A stretch of DNA of 57,305 bases from Bacteroidales bacterium (GTDB lineage: Bacteria; Bacteroidota; Bacteroidia; Bacteroidales; GWA2-32-17): the NCBI GenBank assembly GCA_026417155.1, contig JAOADU010000072.1:1-57305 (forward strand), in the 5' to 3' direction. Of the stretch, positions 29,939 through 40,077 are shown in pieces. Below the pieces are notes generated by a model. It was given only the letters and a program-made list of their open reading frames with translations. It was not told the DNA's origin and ran no database searches. Numbering within the stretch: the stretch's first letter is position 1; every line of letters begins with the position of its first letter. Both the position numbers and the translations under genes were made by a program.

Positions 29939-29952
29939 ATGATTTTTATCAA
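29939..29952. promoter_or_regulatory. FNR/Crp-like palindrome upstream of gcdH
   Basis: ATGAT-TTTT-ATCAA, one mismatch to TTGAT-N4-ATCAA. Confidence 0.35.
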
Positions 29953-30083
29953 ATATTGCTGTATTTTAAAAATGTCTTAAAAATTTGACTGATTGATGCT
30001 TATAAAAAATATAGAATTTTTGTACATAAATAAAAAGCAACTAAAAATATTTTTTTTTACTTTTGCTAATTCATTTTTGGGAG

Positions 30084-30782
30084 ATGCTTTTTAAAATGTT
30101 TGAGAAACACAAAGTAGTATTTTACTTTTTTATCTTGTTACTCTTTGCTTCTTGCAATTCATCGACATTTTCAGGTAAAATGGACGAAGGAACGATTGAA
30201 TACGATATGGAGTATTTACAAGATGAAAAAGAAAATCCATTGATAAGTTTGCTTCCTACAACAATGATACTTAAAATTAAAGATAATAATTCCATACAAA
30301 AGATTGAAGGTTGGATGGGGGTGTTTCAGATGGCAGGAATTGCCCGAAGAAATGAAAATTACAAAGCAGCATACCTGAAAATTATGGGCGAAAAATATGT
30401 GTTTGAAACAACGATGGACGGACCTGCCTTTGGATTCGATGAATATAAAAAAATGAAATTAGTACCAAGCGATTCTGTAAAAGTTATAGCTGGTTATAAA
30501 TGCAAAGCATACGATGTATATTTAAATGATTCTACAGCAAAAGCATTTACTGTATATTATACAACCGACATTAAACTCGATAATCCTAATTGCAATAATC
30601 CATTTCATGAAATTGATGGTGTTTTACTCGAATATCAAATGAAGTTTCAGCGAATACCTGTACATCTTAAAGCTAAAAAGATTGTAAAGGAAGAAATATC
30701 GGACGACGAATTTATTGTTCCTGACGGATATCAAAAAGTATCAAAGGAAAAAATACAAGAAGTTATTAACAATTTAATGTAA
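30084..30782 (+). CDS. DUF4412/GLPGLI-like lipoprotein
   Basis: LFAS-C lipobox; EGTIEY, KVIAGYKCK, IDGVLLEY, FIVPDGY. Start uncertain. Confidence 0.7.
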   Translation: MLFKMFEKHKVVFYFFILLLFASCNSSTFSGKMDEGTIEYDMEYLQDEKENPLISLLPTTMILKIKDNNSIQKIEGWMGVFQMAGIARRNENYKAAYLKIMGEKYVFETTMDGPAFGFDEYKKMKLVPSDSVKVIAGYKCKAYDVYLNDSTAKAFTVYYTTDIKLDNPNCNNPFHEIDGVLLEYQMKFQRIPVHLKAKKIVKEEISDDEFIVPDGYQKVSKEKIQEVINNLM

Positions 30783-30789
30783 TACTATT

Positions 30790-31458
30790 ATGAAAAAAAT
30801 GTTTTTATTATCTATCGTATTTGTTGGCATATTAAATATGTATGCACAAAAAGGTTCTACTGCTTTCGAAGGAACTATTACTTACACTATTACTACGCAA
30901 GGCGAGCTAGATCCTCAAACTAAAGCACAAATGCCGTCGGAAGTTGTGTGGACATACAAAGGAGCAAAATCAAGTATGTTGATGAAAACTGCATTCGGAA
31001 ATATCAATGTTATTGCCAATGCCGATACAAAAGAGCAAATAGTTTTATACGATATGATGGGACAAAAAATGGCAATAAAATCTTCAAAAGAAGAAACTGA
31101 AGCAGCCCTGAAAGATATTCCCGAAGTGAAAGTTGTTGAAACAAACGAAACAAAAAAAATTGCAGGATATAATTGCAAGAAAATTGAAATAAGCGATGGG
31201 AAAACTACAACCAATGTTTATGTTACTAACGATATAAATATTCCTAATGCCAACTGGAACGGGCAATACAAAAATGTGCAAGGTGTGCTGATGGAATATT
31301 CTCAAAAAGCTAATCCTGATGGCGATGCACAAATAATATTTACAGCAAAAGAAGTAAAAAAAGCAAAAATAAAAGATAATGCATTTGAAATTCCTGCCGA
31401 TTATAAGCAAATGTCAATGACCGAGTTTAAACAAATGTTTGGTGGAGGAGAAGAATAA
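30790..31458 (+). CDS. DUF4412/GLPGLI-like secreted protein (paralog of the upstream gene)
   Basis: SpI signal (MYA-Q); FEGTITY, KKIAGYNCKK, VQGVLMEY, FEIPADY. Confidence 0.75.
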   Translation: MKKMFLLSIVFVGILNMYAQKGSTAFEGTITYTITTQGELDPQTKAQMPSEVVWTYKGAKSSMLMKTAFGNINVIANADTKEQIVLYDMMGQKMAIKSSKEETEAALKDIPEVKVVETNETKKIAGYNCKKIEISDGKTTTNVYVTNDINIPNANWNGQYKNVQGVLMEYSQKANPDGDAQIIFTAKEVKKAKIKDNAFEIPADYKQMSMTEFKQMFGGGEE

Positions 31459-31462
31459 AACG

Positions 31463-31492
31463 AAAAATTCCACATATGGTTGTGGATTTTTT
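31463..31492 (+). terminator. Terminator after the DUF4412-like pair
   Basis: TCCACA-tatggt-TGTGGA followed by a T-run. Confidence 0.55.
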
Positions 31493-31503
31493 CTATTACA
31501 ACA

Positions 31504-33912
31504 ATGGCGAAAAAGAGTAAAGCAAATAAAGAAGAACAAAACGATTTTGTAAACGAGGAGAAAACAGTTGCTTCGTTTTCTCTTCGTAAGCTTATTAACG
31601 ACGAACGTACAAAGTATATTTCGTCGTTATTCTTAATTCTATTATCTGTATTTCTAGTATTTTCGTTTGTATCCTACATTTTTACATGGTACGAAGATCA
31701 AAGCAAGCTAACCATACCTTTTTTTCAATATATTTTTGATGCTGAAATTGATGCTGAAAATTGGGCTGGAAAATTAGGTGCATACATTAGTCATATTTTA
31801 TATCATAATACTTTTGGCGTTGCCTCTTTGTCTCTTACAGTTTTATTGTTTTTTTTATCGCTTCACATTATTAATGTTAAAATAATAAAATTATCAAAAC
31901 TTCTGAAATACTTAATATTTATTACATTATGGCTTTCCATTACGTTAGGATATTTGTTTGGAACCGACTTTTTTTATTTAGGTGGTGCGTACGGATATTT
32001 TATGGCAAAATGGCTAAATGCTGCTTTGGGCAAAGCAGGAACGGCTTTGTTAATTCTATTTACAGCCTTTACTTATGTTATTATTGTATTTAAGGAGGTA
32101 ATTCCTTCTATTAAACATTTTTTTACAAAGTTTAAAAAACAACCGAAACCAATAATAGCTATTACAAATGGTTCAGAAAAAGATACCGTTGTCAATGATA
32201 TTAATTACGAAACTAAAACAACTAACTTAGAACAAGAGAATAAGGAGTTAGAGGTACAAACGATTGAAATTAAAGAAAATTCTGAACCACTGGTGATGGA
32301 AATACCACCATCAAACGCCGAAGATGTAACATTAATTGTGGAAAAAAAAGAGTCAATCGAAGAACCTTACCAAATACCTATAGCTTCGAGTGAAGATAAT
32401 GATGAATTTGACATTAGATTAGATGCCCCACGGTATCAATTTCCTCCTTTAGACCTTCTCGATGAACATAAAGACGAAAAAAGCGAAGTAAGTGAAGAAG
32501 AACTAGTAGCCAATAAGAATAAAATTATAGAAACTCTTAAAAATTATGGTATTCAGATAACTCAAATAAAAGTAACCATAGGACCAACAGTAACCTTGTA
32601 TGAAATTGTACCTGCACCGGGAGTTAAGATATCTAGAATCAAAAATTTGGAAGACGATATCGCACTTAGCTTATCTGCTTTAGGAATAAGAATAATAGCT
32701 CCAATACCTGGGAAAGGAACAATAGGCATTGAAGTTCCCAATTTGAATCCACAGATAGTATCAATGAAATCAGTAATAGGAAGTACACGCTTTCAGGAAG
32801 CAAAGTATGAATTGCCTATTGCAATGGGCAAAACCATACAAAACGAAGTCTTTGTGTTTGATTTAGCTAAAGCACCACATATATTAGTTGCAGGGGCCAC
32901 AGGACAAGGAAAGTCTGTTGGTTTAAACGCAATTATTACTTCCTTGCTTTATAGAAAACATCCTTCCGAACTGAAAATAGTTATGATTGACCCCAAAAAG
33001 ATTGAATTATCCGATTATGCCAAAATAGAACGTCACTTTTTAGCGAAGCTTCCCGACGAAGAAGAACCAATTATTACCGACGTACAAAAAGTTAAGAATA
33101 CTCTAAAGTCGTTAACAATCGAAATGGACAATCGCTATAATTTGCTTAAAGAAGTAGGGGGAATAAGAACAATTAAAGAATACAATGAAAAATTAAAAAA
33201 GAGAGAACTTAATCCGGCAAAATTTCCTTATTTGCCTTATATTGTGGTAGTTATTGATGAATTTGCCGATTTAATAATAACAGCAGGTCGAGAAATTGAA
33301 GAACCCATTGCTCGTATTGCTCAGTTAGCACGTGCTGTGGGCATTCACCTTATAATTGCAACTCAAAGACCATCGACAAATATTATTACAGGTTCAATAA
33401 AAGCCAATTTCCCTACTAGAATAGCTTTTCGAGTTACATCAATGATAGATAGTCGTACTATAATTGATGCCCCCGGTGCAAATCAGTTAATTGGTCGGGG
33501 CGATATGCTTATTTCTATGGGTAGTGATATGGTGCGTGTACAGTGTGCATTCATTGATTCAAAAGAAGTGGCAAAGGTTGTAAATCATATTGCATCACAG
33601 CAACCTCCTTCCAAAGAATTTCATTTGCCTTATGTTCAGGATGAGCAGCCTCATTCGAATGCCGAAAGTGTGGAAACCGGAAAATTTGACGATATTTTTC
33701 CCGATGCAGCACGTTTAGTGGTAACTCATCAAATTGGAAGCACATCATTAATACAAAGAAAATTTTCTATTGGATATGCACGGGCAGGTAGAATCATGGA
33801 TCAATTAGAAATGGCTAAAATTGTAGGACCACAGGAAGGAAGCAAAGCTCGACAAGTTTTAATTCAGGATTTAAATCATTTGGAACAGATTTTGAAAGAC
33901 TTAGGTTTTTAA
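31504..33912 (+). CDS. ftsK: DNA translocase FtsK
   Basis: N-terminal TM domain, GPTVTLYE, AGATGQGKS, VVVIDEFAD, ATQRPS, GRGDML, winged-helix gamma domain. Start at MAKK. Confidence 0.97.
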   Translation: MAKKSKANKEEQNDFVNEEKTVASFSLRKLINDERTKYISSLFLILLSVFLVFSFVSYIFTWYEDQSKLTIPFFQYIFDAEIDAENWAGKLGAYISHILYHNTFGVASLSLTVLLFFLSLHIINVKIIKLSKLLKYLIFITLWLSITLGYLFGTDFFYLGGAYGYFMAKWLNAALGKAGTALLILFTAFTYVIIVFKEVIPSIKHFFTKFKKQPKPIIAITNGSEKDTVVNDINYETKTTNLEQENKELEVQTIEIKENSEPLVMEIPPSNAEDVTLIVEKKESIEEPYQIPIASSEDNDEFDIRLDAPRYQFPPLDLLDEHKDEKSEVSEEELVANKNKIIETLKNYGIQITQIKVTIGPTVTLYEIVPAPGVKISRIKNLEDDIALSLSALGIRIIAPIPGKGTIGIEVPNLNPQIVSMKSVIGSTRFQEAKYELPIAMGKTIQNEVFVFDLAKAPHILVAGATGQGKSVGLNAIITSLLYRKHPSELKIVMIDPKKIELSDYAKIERHFLAKLPDEEEPIITDVQKVKNTLKSLTIEMDNRYNLLKEVGGIRTIKEYNEKLKKRELNPAKFPYLPYIVVVIDEFADLIITAGREIEEPIARIAQLARAVGIHLIIATQRPSTNIITGSIKANFPTRIAFRVTSMIDSRTIIDAPGANQLIGRGDMLISMGSDMVRVQCAFIDSKEVAKVVNHIASQQPPSKEFHLPYVQDEQPHSNAESVETGKFDDIFPDAARLVVTHQIGSTSLIQRKFSIGYARAGRIMDQLEMAKIVGPQEGSKARQVLIQDLNHLEQILKDLGF

Positions 33913-33922
33913 AATATATTTT

Positions 33923-34600
33923 ATGAAAACAATAATTATTTGTTTCGTTATCTATTTTCTAAATGTAATGATTGCTTTACCTCAATCTGACCCTACTCCA
34001 GATTATAAAGAGATAGACCCCAAAGCAAAATCAATATTAGATAAAGTATCACAAAAGAATAAATCGTATAAAACTATCAAGTCGGATTTTGCAATAATTT
34101 TGGAAAATAAAAGAGAAAATATTAAAGATGCTAAAAAAGGTGTCATTTGGATAAAGGGCAATAAATATAAAATTGATTTAGCTCAATCAACCATTTTTTT
34201 TGATGGAACAACACAATGGACCTACATTAAAGAATCAAATGAAGTCAATATTACATCGCCCGATCCAAAAGATGATAATACTTTGAATCCTGCAAAAATA
34301 TTTACATTGTACGAAACTGGATTTAAAATACGTTTTATCAGAGAACGTTTTGAAAAAAATAGAGCATTGTATGAAATAGAATTATATCCAAAAGATTTAA
34401 ATAAAGATTTTACCAAAATAAACTTGAAAATTGATAAAGATAAAAACCAAATTTTTAGTATGAAACGCTTTGGTAAAGATGGTACCGATTTTTATATTGA
34501 AATAATTTCTGTTAAAGCCAACGAAGAAATGGCCGATGCGATGTTTGTTTTCGACAAATCGAAATATCCTAAAGTAGAAATAAACGATTTACGCGAATAA
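33923..34600 (+). CDS. lolA: Outer-membrane lipoprotein carrier LolA
   Basis: Signal peptide; KGNKYKI, FDGTTQWTY...EVNI, FVFDKSKYP; conserved ftsK-lolA synteny. Confidence 0.88.
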   Translation: MKTIIICFVIYFLNVMIALPQSDPTPDYKEIDPKAKSILDKVSQKNKSYKTIKSDFAIILENKRENIKDAKKGVIWIKGNKYKIDLAQSTIFFDGTTQWTYIKESNEVNITSPDPKDDNTLNPAKIFTLYETGFKIRFIRERFEKNRALYEIELYPKDLNKDFTKINLKIDKDKNQIFSMKRFGKDGTDFYIEIISVKANEEMADAMFVFDKSKYPKVEINDLRE

Positions 34601-34601
34601 T

Positions 34602-35153
34602 ATGACGTTCAAAGATATCGTAATTAAACGTCAAAGTGTTCGAAAATATTTATCAACTCCAATAGATCGAGATATCATAATTAAATGTATCGAATCGGCG
34701 CGTTTAGCTCCATCGGCAAGCAATTCGCAACCATGGCATTTTGTAATAGTTGACGAACCTGATTTAAAAAACAAAATAGCGGAAGCTACAGTAACAAAAG
34801 GGATACCTATAAATAAATTTGCATTTCAAGCTCCCGTTATCGTAGCCATCGTTGTAGAAATGCCTAAAACTATTACTAAAATCGCTTCATGGATTAAAAA
34901 GCGAGACTTCCCATGGATTGATATAGGGATTGCCGCTGAACATTTTTGTTTACAAGCTACTGAATTAGGTTTAGGAACATGCATGATTGGATGGTTTGAC
35001 GAAAAAAAAGTTAAAAAACTATTAAATATACCATCGAATAAAAGAGTTGGTTTATTGATAACTTTGGGTTATCCTCCTCACGATTATTTACTAAGAGAAA
35101 AAATAAGAAAACCAGTTGAAAAAATGGTATCCTTTAATCAGTATAAAAAATAA
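34602..35153 (+). CDS. Nitroreductase family protein
   Basis: RQSVRKY, APSASNSQPW.F, DIGIAAEH..L.ATELGLGTC.IG. Confidence 0.93.
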   Translation: MTFKDIVIKRQSVRKYLSTPIDRDIIIKCIESARLAPSASNSQPWHFVIVDEPDLKNKIAEATVTKGIPINKFAFQAPVIVAIVVEMPKTITKIASWIKKRDFPWIDIGIAAEHFCLQATELGLGTCMIGWFDEKKVKKLLNIPSNKRVGLLITLGYPPHDYLLREKIRKPVEKMVSFNQYKK

Positions 35154-35183
35154 TATTTTATTGTATCTTTGAAAAAAAACATT

Positions 35184-35660
35184 ATGAGAACAAGTATAAT
35201 TATTTTTGCATCTATTATTGCTTTTAGCTCATGTAAGAAAGATTCTAAAATTAATGATATTGTCAATCCAACAGCATCATTTACGTGTAAAATTAATGGT
35301 ACTCAGTGGACTGCGATTACCAGAGTTACGCGAAAAGAAAATAATAAATTTATAATTACAGGAACAGGATCATTAGGAAGCGATGTATTAAATATTACCA
35401 CATTCGGAATCGAAAAGAAAACGTATACATTATCGCCTGTAGATGGTAAAACAGAATTTTCGGCAACCTTTACAAACGATACTCAAACAACCGATAGTTT
35501 GTACCAAGCACTTTATGGTACAGTTGCTATTACAGCACTCGATACAGTGAATAAAAAGATAAGCGGAACATTCCAATTTAGAACCAGTAAGATAATTAAC
35601 CCACTCATTATTAAAGAAATTACCAATGGTTCGTTTAATAATTTGACATATACAGAATAA
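35184..35660 (+). CDS. Lipoprotein, DUF6252-like
   Basis: FSS-CKKD lipobox; FTCKING..W; KISGTFQF..ITNGSF. Confidence 0.7.
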   Translation: MRTSIIIFASIIAFSSCKKDSKINDIVNPTASFTCKINGTQWTAITRVTRKENNKFIITGTGSLGSDVLNITTFGIEKKTYTLSPVDGKTEFSATFTNDTQTTDSLYQALYGTVAITALDTVNKKISGTFQFRTSKIINPLIIKEITNGSFNNLTYTE

Positions 35661-35704
35661 CCTATATTTTTATAACTTCATTTTCTTTTTTTCTTTTTTT
35701 TCGT

Positions 35705-35712
35705 TAAGTTTG
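35705..35712 (+). promoter_or_regulatory. -7 promoter box for the crotonase operon
   Basis: TAAGTTTG upstream of the ATG at 35736. Confidence 0.55.
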
Positions 35713-35735
35713 TCCAAACAAATACATTGTATGTT

Positions 35736-36503
35736 ATGAATTATACTACTTTTACTGTAAATTATGAGGGAGCACTTTGTGTTGTTAAAATGAATAGACC
35801 ACAAAGTCTTAATGCTCTTAATAGTACTTTTTTTACAGAATATAATCAATTTTTAGATTCGTTAGAAAGCAATAAAGAAATACGTGTAGTTATTATCACA
35901 GGCGAAGGTAAAGCCTTTGTAGCAGGTGCCGATATAGCAGAAATGGTAAATAAAAATCAACAAGAGGGCTATATTTTTGGGAAGCTAGGACAAGAAACAT
36001 TTGCTCGCATGGAAAGAATGAACCAGGTATTTATTGCTGCGATTAACGGATATGCTTTAGGTGGAGGATGTGAATTGGCAATGGCATGCGATATACGATT
36101 AGCTTCTGCACAAGCAAAATTCGGACAACCCGAAGTTAACTTAGGATTAACACCAGGATATGCTGGAACGCAACGATTACCAAGACTTGTAGGACTTGGC
36201 AATGCTTTATTTTTGTTGCTTTCGGGCGAAACTATTGATGCTAACGAAGCTTTGCGAATAGGGCTAGTTCAACGAGTTTTTGAACCCGATAACTTAATGG
36301 ATGAAGCAAAAAATCTTGCTCATAAAATAATTTCAAAAGGACCAAAAGCCGTTTTACTGGTAAAACAAATAACACGAAATGGATTAAATGTACATTTTAC
36401 TGAAGGTTGCGAGATGGAATTAAAAGCCTTTTCTTCGTTGTTCGAAAATGAAGGTGCTGAAGGGATGAAAGCTTTCCTTGAGAAAAGAAAACCTAATTGG
36501 TAA
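35736..36503 (+). CDS. Enoyl-CoA hydratase (crotonase)
   Basis: AFVAGADI, NGYALGGGCEL, FGQPEVNLG (both catalytic Glu present), FLEKRKP. Confidence 0.93.
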   Translation: MNYTTFTVNYEGALCVVKMNRPQSLNALNSTFFTEYNQFLDSLESNKEIRVVIITGEGKAFVAGADIAEMVNKNQQEGYIFGKLGQETFARMERMNQVFIAAINGYALGGGCELAMACDIRLASAQAKFGQPEVNLGLTPGYAGTQRLPRLVGLGNALFLLLSGETIDANEALRIGLVQRVFEPDNLMDEAKNLAHKIISKGPKAVLLVKQITRNGLNVHFTEGCEMELKAFSSLFENEGAEGMKAFLEKRKPNW

Positions 36504-36527
36504 ATTTAATTATAAAAGCAAAATAAT

Positions 36528-37865
36528 ATGAATTACGTAGATCGAATGCAAAAAGTTGCTGTATTAGGTGCAGCAGGAAAAATGGGTAGTGGTATATTAT
36601 TGCTTAACGCCATAGAAGTAGCCGATTTAAGCTTGCTACCCGAAAATAAAGGCAAAACTTTTGTAGTTTATGCTATAGATGTGTCAGAAGAAGCACTCTC
36701 AGGCCTTATTCAGTATGTGAGAACACAAGTGCTTAAAGCTGCCGAGAAAAAAATAAATTGGCTTCGAGAAATTTATAAAGAAAGAGCCGATTTGATTGAA
36801 AATGGTCAGATTATTGAAGAGTACATTAATCATGTAATGTCAATAATTCGTCCCAGTATTTTAATTGAATCGGCATATCATGCAAATTGTATTTTTGAAG
36901 CAATTAAAGAAGATCCTGACCTAAAAGTATCTATTTTTAAAAGAATAAACCAAAACAATTCCAATCAACCTTGGTTTTTTACAAACACTTCGTCTATACC
37001 TATTCAATTTTTAAATGAAAAAGCAGAACTAAATGGACGAATCATTGGTTATCATTTTTACAATCCTCCTGCTGTACAAAAGTTAGTAGAACTTATCGAG
37101 GCAAAAAATACATTACCCGAATTAAAAGCATTTTCGTTAGAGTTGGCTAAAAAACTCAATAAAATTATTGTTGAATCGAACGATGTAGTTGGTTTTATTG
37201 GTAACGGACACTTTATGCGTGATATTATTCATGCAGCAAGTGAAGTAGAACGATTAAAATCACAATACGGCTTTGTTGAAGCAATTTACATGATAAACAA
37301 AGTGAGTCAGGAATATCTGGTACGTCCGATGGGAATTTTTCAATTGATAGATTACGTTGGAATTGATGTGTGTTCATACATAATGAGTGTCATGAATCAG
37401 TATTTACCGCAAGATCAAATAGTTTGCCCTTTATTAAACGAAATGCTCTCCTTAGGTATTAAAGGAGGTCAATATGCCGATGGCTCTCAAAAAGATGGAT
37501 TTTTAAAGTACGAAAAAGGAAAAATTATTGCTATTTTTGATATTAACACTAAACAATATGTATCAATAGAACAAATACAAAACAAAGCAGATGCAATACT
37601 GGGCGAAAAACCTACCAATATTATCGCGTGGAAAGCTGTTGTAGGAATGAAAGATAAAGATGTAGTATTACAAAATTATTTTAACGAATTGCAAAAAATG
37701 AATACTTTGGGGGCAGAATTAGCAAAAGCCTATGGTAGCCGCTCTAAAGCAATAGGTAAATATTTAGTTTCGTCGGGAGTAGCAAAGACAGAAGAAGATG
37801 TAAATAAAGTATTAATGACAGGATTTTTCCATGCGTACGGACCAATTAATAATTATTTCGTTTAA
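36528..37865 (+). CDS. 3-hydroxyacyl-CoA dehydrogenase (long, atypical form)
   Basis: GAAGKMGSGI Rossmann motif, FEAIKE...K, TNTSSIPI, HFYNPP, GFIGN, PMGIFQLIDYVGID. Confidence 0.88.
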   Translation: MNYVDRMQKVAVLGAAGKMGSGILLLNAIEVADLSLLPENKGKTFVVYAIDVSEEALSGLIQYVRTQVLKAAEKKINWLREIYKERADLIENGQIIEEYINHVMSIIRPSILIESAYHANCIFEAIKEDPDLKVSIFKRINQNNSNQPWFFTNTSSIPIQFLNEKAELNGRIIGYHFYNPPAVQKLVELIEAKNTLPELKAFSLELAKKLNKIIVESNDVVGFIGNGHFMRDIIHAASEVERLKSQYGFVEAIYMINKVSQEYLVRPMGIFQLIDYVGIDVCSYIMSVMNQYLPQDQIVCPLLNEMLSLGIKGGQYADGSQKDGFLKYEKGKIIAIFDINTKQYVSIEQIQNKADAILGEKPTNIIAWKAVVGMKDKDVVLQNYFNELQKMNTLGAELAKAYGSRSKAIGKYLVSSGVAKTEEDVNKVLMTGFFHAYGPINNYFV

Positions 37866-37875
37866 CCATTAAAAA

Positions 37876-39126
37876 ATGATATGTATGAAAACGTTAAGAA
37901 AAAAAGTATATATAACAGCAGGCTATAATACCATTTCTTTAGGAACTGGCAGAAAAGAGTTTAATCCTAAAAAACCCCGGCCGGGTTTAGAAGAATATAT
38001 AAGCGAAGCAGGAAGGGGGGTTATTCAACAAATACCCGATGCTTCGTTGATAGATGAAGCTGTAATAAGTAATTTTCAAGCATCTCGATATAATAATCAA
38101 GCTAATTTAGCTGCTTTTATTCCTTTTATTGATGAAAAATTGAGATATATTCCTGTAACAAGAGTTGAAGGAGCATGTGGTTCGGGGGGTATGGCTATTG
38201 CTACGGCAGCACGTTCTATTCTTGCCGAAACTGCCGATATTGTACTTGTTATAGGTGTCGAAGTTCAGAATACAGTAAAGGCAGTATATGGAGCTGATAT
38301 ATTAGCAGGAGCTGGATGGTACAAAGAACGTAAAAATGGGCATGCCCATTTCTTTCCCGGTCAATTTAGTAATAGAGCAGGAAAGTATTATGAAAAATAC
38401 GGACGCGAACAAACTCGTAAAGCAATGGCACGATGGTTTAAGCAAGCGATAGAAAATGCTCGTTTATGTCCAACTGCACAAGAATATCATAACACAATGC
38501 CCGATCCCGAAGCTGTTGCAATGGTTGAACCAAATGCTAAAGTATTTCTTGAAAATATTACTGTTTACGATTGCTCGAAAGTTTCTGATGGTGCTTCGGC
38601 TCTTATTGTTTGTTCTGAAGAGGGATTAAAAAAACTACAAAAAAGTTTTAACGAAGCTGTAGAAATTGTAGGAATAGGACAGGCTATGGAAGATATAACA
38701 AAACCACCTCTCGATCCTACACAACTGGATACAACAAAAGTTGCAGTTCAACGAGCATTACAAATGGCACGAATTTCTATACATGATATTGCTACAATTG
38801 AATGTCACGATTGTTTCTCCATTGCTGCAATCATGGCCATTGAGGCTATGGGTTTAGCTCCTTACGGGCAAGGTTCTGCTTTTGTTTTAGAAGGCAATAC
38901 AGCCCGAAATGGTAAAATACCATTCAATACAACGGGTGGATTGATAGGTTGGGGGCATCCGGTAGGGGCTACTGGCGTTCATCAAGCTGTTACTATATGG
39001 GAACAATTAACCGGAAAGGCAGGCGATGCACAGATAAATATTCCCTCCGACAGACCTTTTGGTCTAACAGTTAATATGGGTGGCGATGATAAAACGTTAA
39101 CTTCTATAGTCTATAAAAAATTATAA
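37876..39126 (+). CDS. Thiolase, SCP2/HDCF type
   Basis: VEGACGSG (nucleophile Cys), ECHDCF in place of NEAF, GHPVGATG, C-terminal NMGGDDKT in place of CxGGG. Confidence 0.88.
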   Translation: MICMKTLRKKVYITAGYNTISLGTGRKEFNPKKPRPGLEEYISEAGRGVIQQIPDASLIDEAVISNFQASRYNNQANLAAFIPFIDEKLRYIPVTRVEGACGSGGMAIATAARSILAETADIVLVIGVEVQNTVKAVYGADILAGAGWYKERKNGHAHFFPGQFSNRAGKYYEKYGREQTRKAMARWFKQAIENARLCPTAQEYHNTMPDPEAVAMVEPNAKVFLENITVYDCSKVSDGASALIVCSEEGLKKLQKSFNEAVEIVGIGQAMEDITKPPLDPTQLDTTKVAVQRALQMARISIHDIATIECHDCFSIAAIMAIEAMGLAPYGQGSAFVLEGNTARNGKIPFNTTGGLIGWGHPVGATGVHQAVTIWEQLTGKAGDAQINIPSDRPFGLTVNMGGDDKTLTSIVYKKL

Positions 39127-40070
39127 TGTTCGAAAAAAACCCAGTTTGTCAGCTGCTAAATATTCAATACCCCATTATTCAGGGAGGGATGGTGTGGGTT
39201 AGTGGCTGGCGGTTGGCGAGTGCTGTAAGTAATGCAGGTGGTTTGGGAGTTATAGGTGCTGGTTCTATGACTCCCGAACTGTTACTTCATCATATTTCGC
39301 AATGTAAAACAGCAACTAATTTACCATTCGGAGTTAATATACCATTGATATATAAACATAGCGACGAATTTATCAAAATATGTGTCGATGAAAATGTCCC
39401 CGTTGTTATTACTTCGGCAGGAAATCCTAAAACTTATACAAATACGTTAAAGCAAAACGGAATAAAAGTAATTCATGTCGTTTCGAGTACTACTTTTGCC
39501 CAAAAAGCTCAAGAAGCAGGTGTAGATGCAATTGTAGCAGAAGGGTTCGAAGCAGGAGGGCATAACGGAAGAGAAGAAACCACAACGTTTGTTTTGCTTC
39601 CTTCTGTTGTTCGTTCTGTTAGCATTCCTGTAATTGCTGCGGGAGGGATTGCTACAGGTCAACAAATGCTCGCTACTTTTGTGTTGGGGGCTCATGGGGT
39701 GCAAATTGGTACGCGATTTATAGCAACATACGAAGCATCGGCACACGAAAATTTTAAAAAAATAATTATTGAAGCTAAAGAAGGAGATACTTTTCTTTGT
39801 TTGAAAAAATTAGTTCCGACAAGATTGTACAAAAATCGTTTGTTTATTCAGATACAAGAATTAGAAAATAAAGGGGCTTCAGTAAGCGAATTATTAGAAT
39901 TTTTGGGTTCTAATAAATCACGTTTAGGAATATTTGAGGGTGATGTAGAAAATGGTATGCTCGAAGTAGGCCAAAATGTTTCTATTATTGATAAAATACT
40001 ATCTGCTAAGGAAATTATTGATGAAATAATTACAGATTTTAAAAAAACATACAATAATCTAAAATTTTAA
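39126..40070 (+). CDS. FabK / nitronate-monooxygenase-family FMN oxidoreductase
   Basis: PIIQGGM, VSNAGGLG, EGFEAGGH, VIAAGGI, GVQIGTRF. Confidence 0.88.
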   Translation: MFEKNPVCQLLNIQYPIIQGGMVWVSGWRLASAVSNAGGLGVIGAGSMTPELLLHHISQCKTATNLPFGVNIPLIYKHSDEFIKICVDENVPVVITSAGNPKTYTNTLKQNGIKVIHVVSSTTFAQKAQEAGVDAIVAEGFEAGGHNGREETTTFVLLPSVVRSVSIPVIAAGGIATGQQMLATFVLGAHGVQIGTRFIATYEASAHENFKKIIIEAKEGDTFLCLKKLVPTRLYKNRLFIQIQELENKGASVSELLEFLGSNKSRLGIFEGDVENGMLEVGQNVSIIDKILSAKEIIDEIITDFKKTYNNLKF

Positions 40071-40077
40071 AATATAG

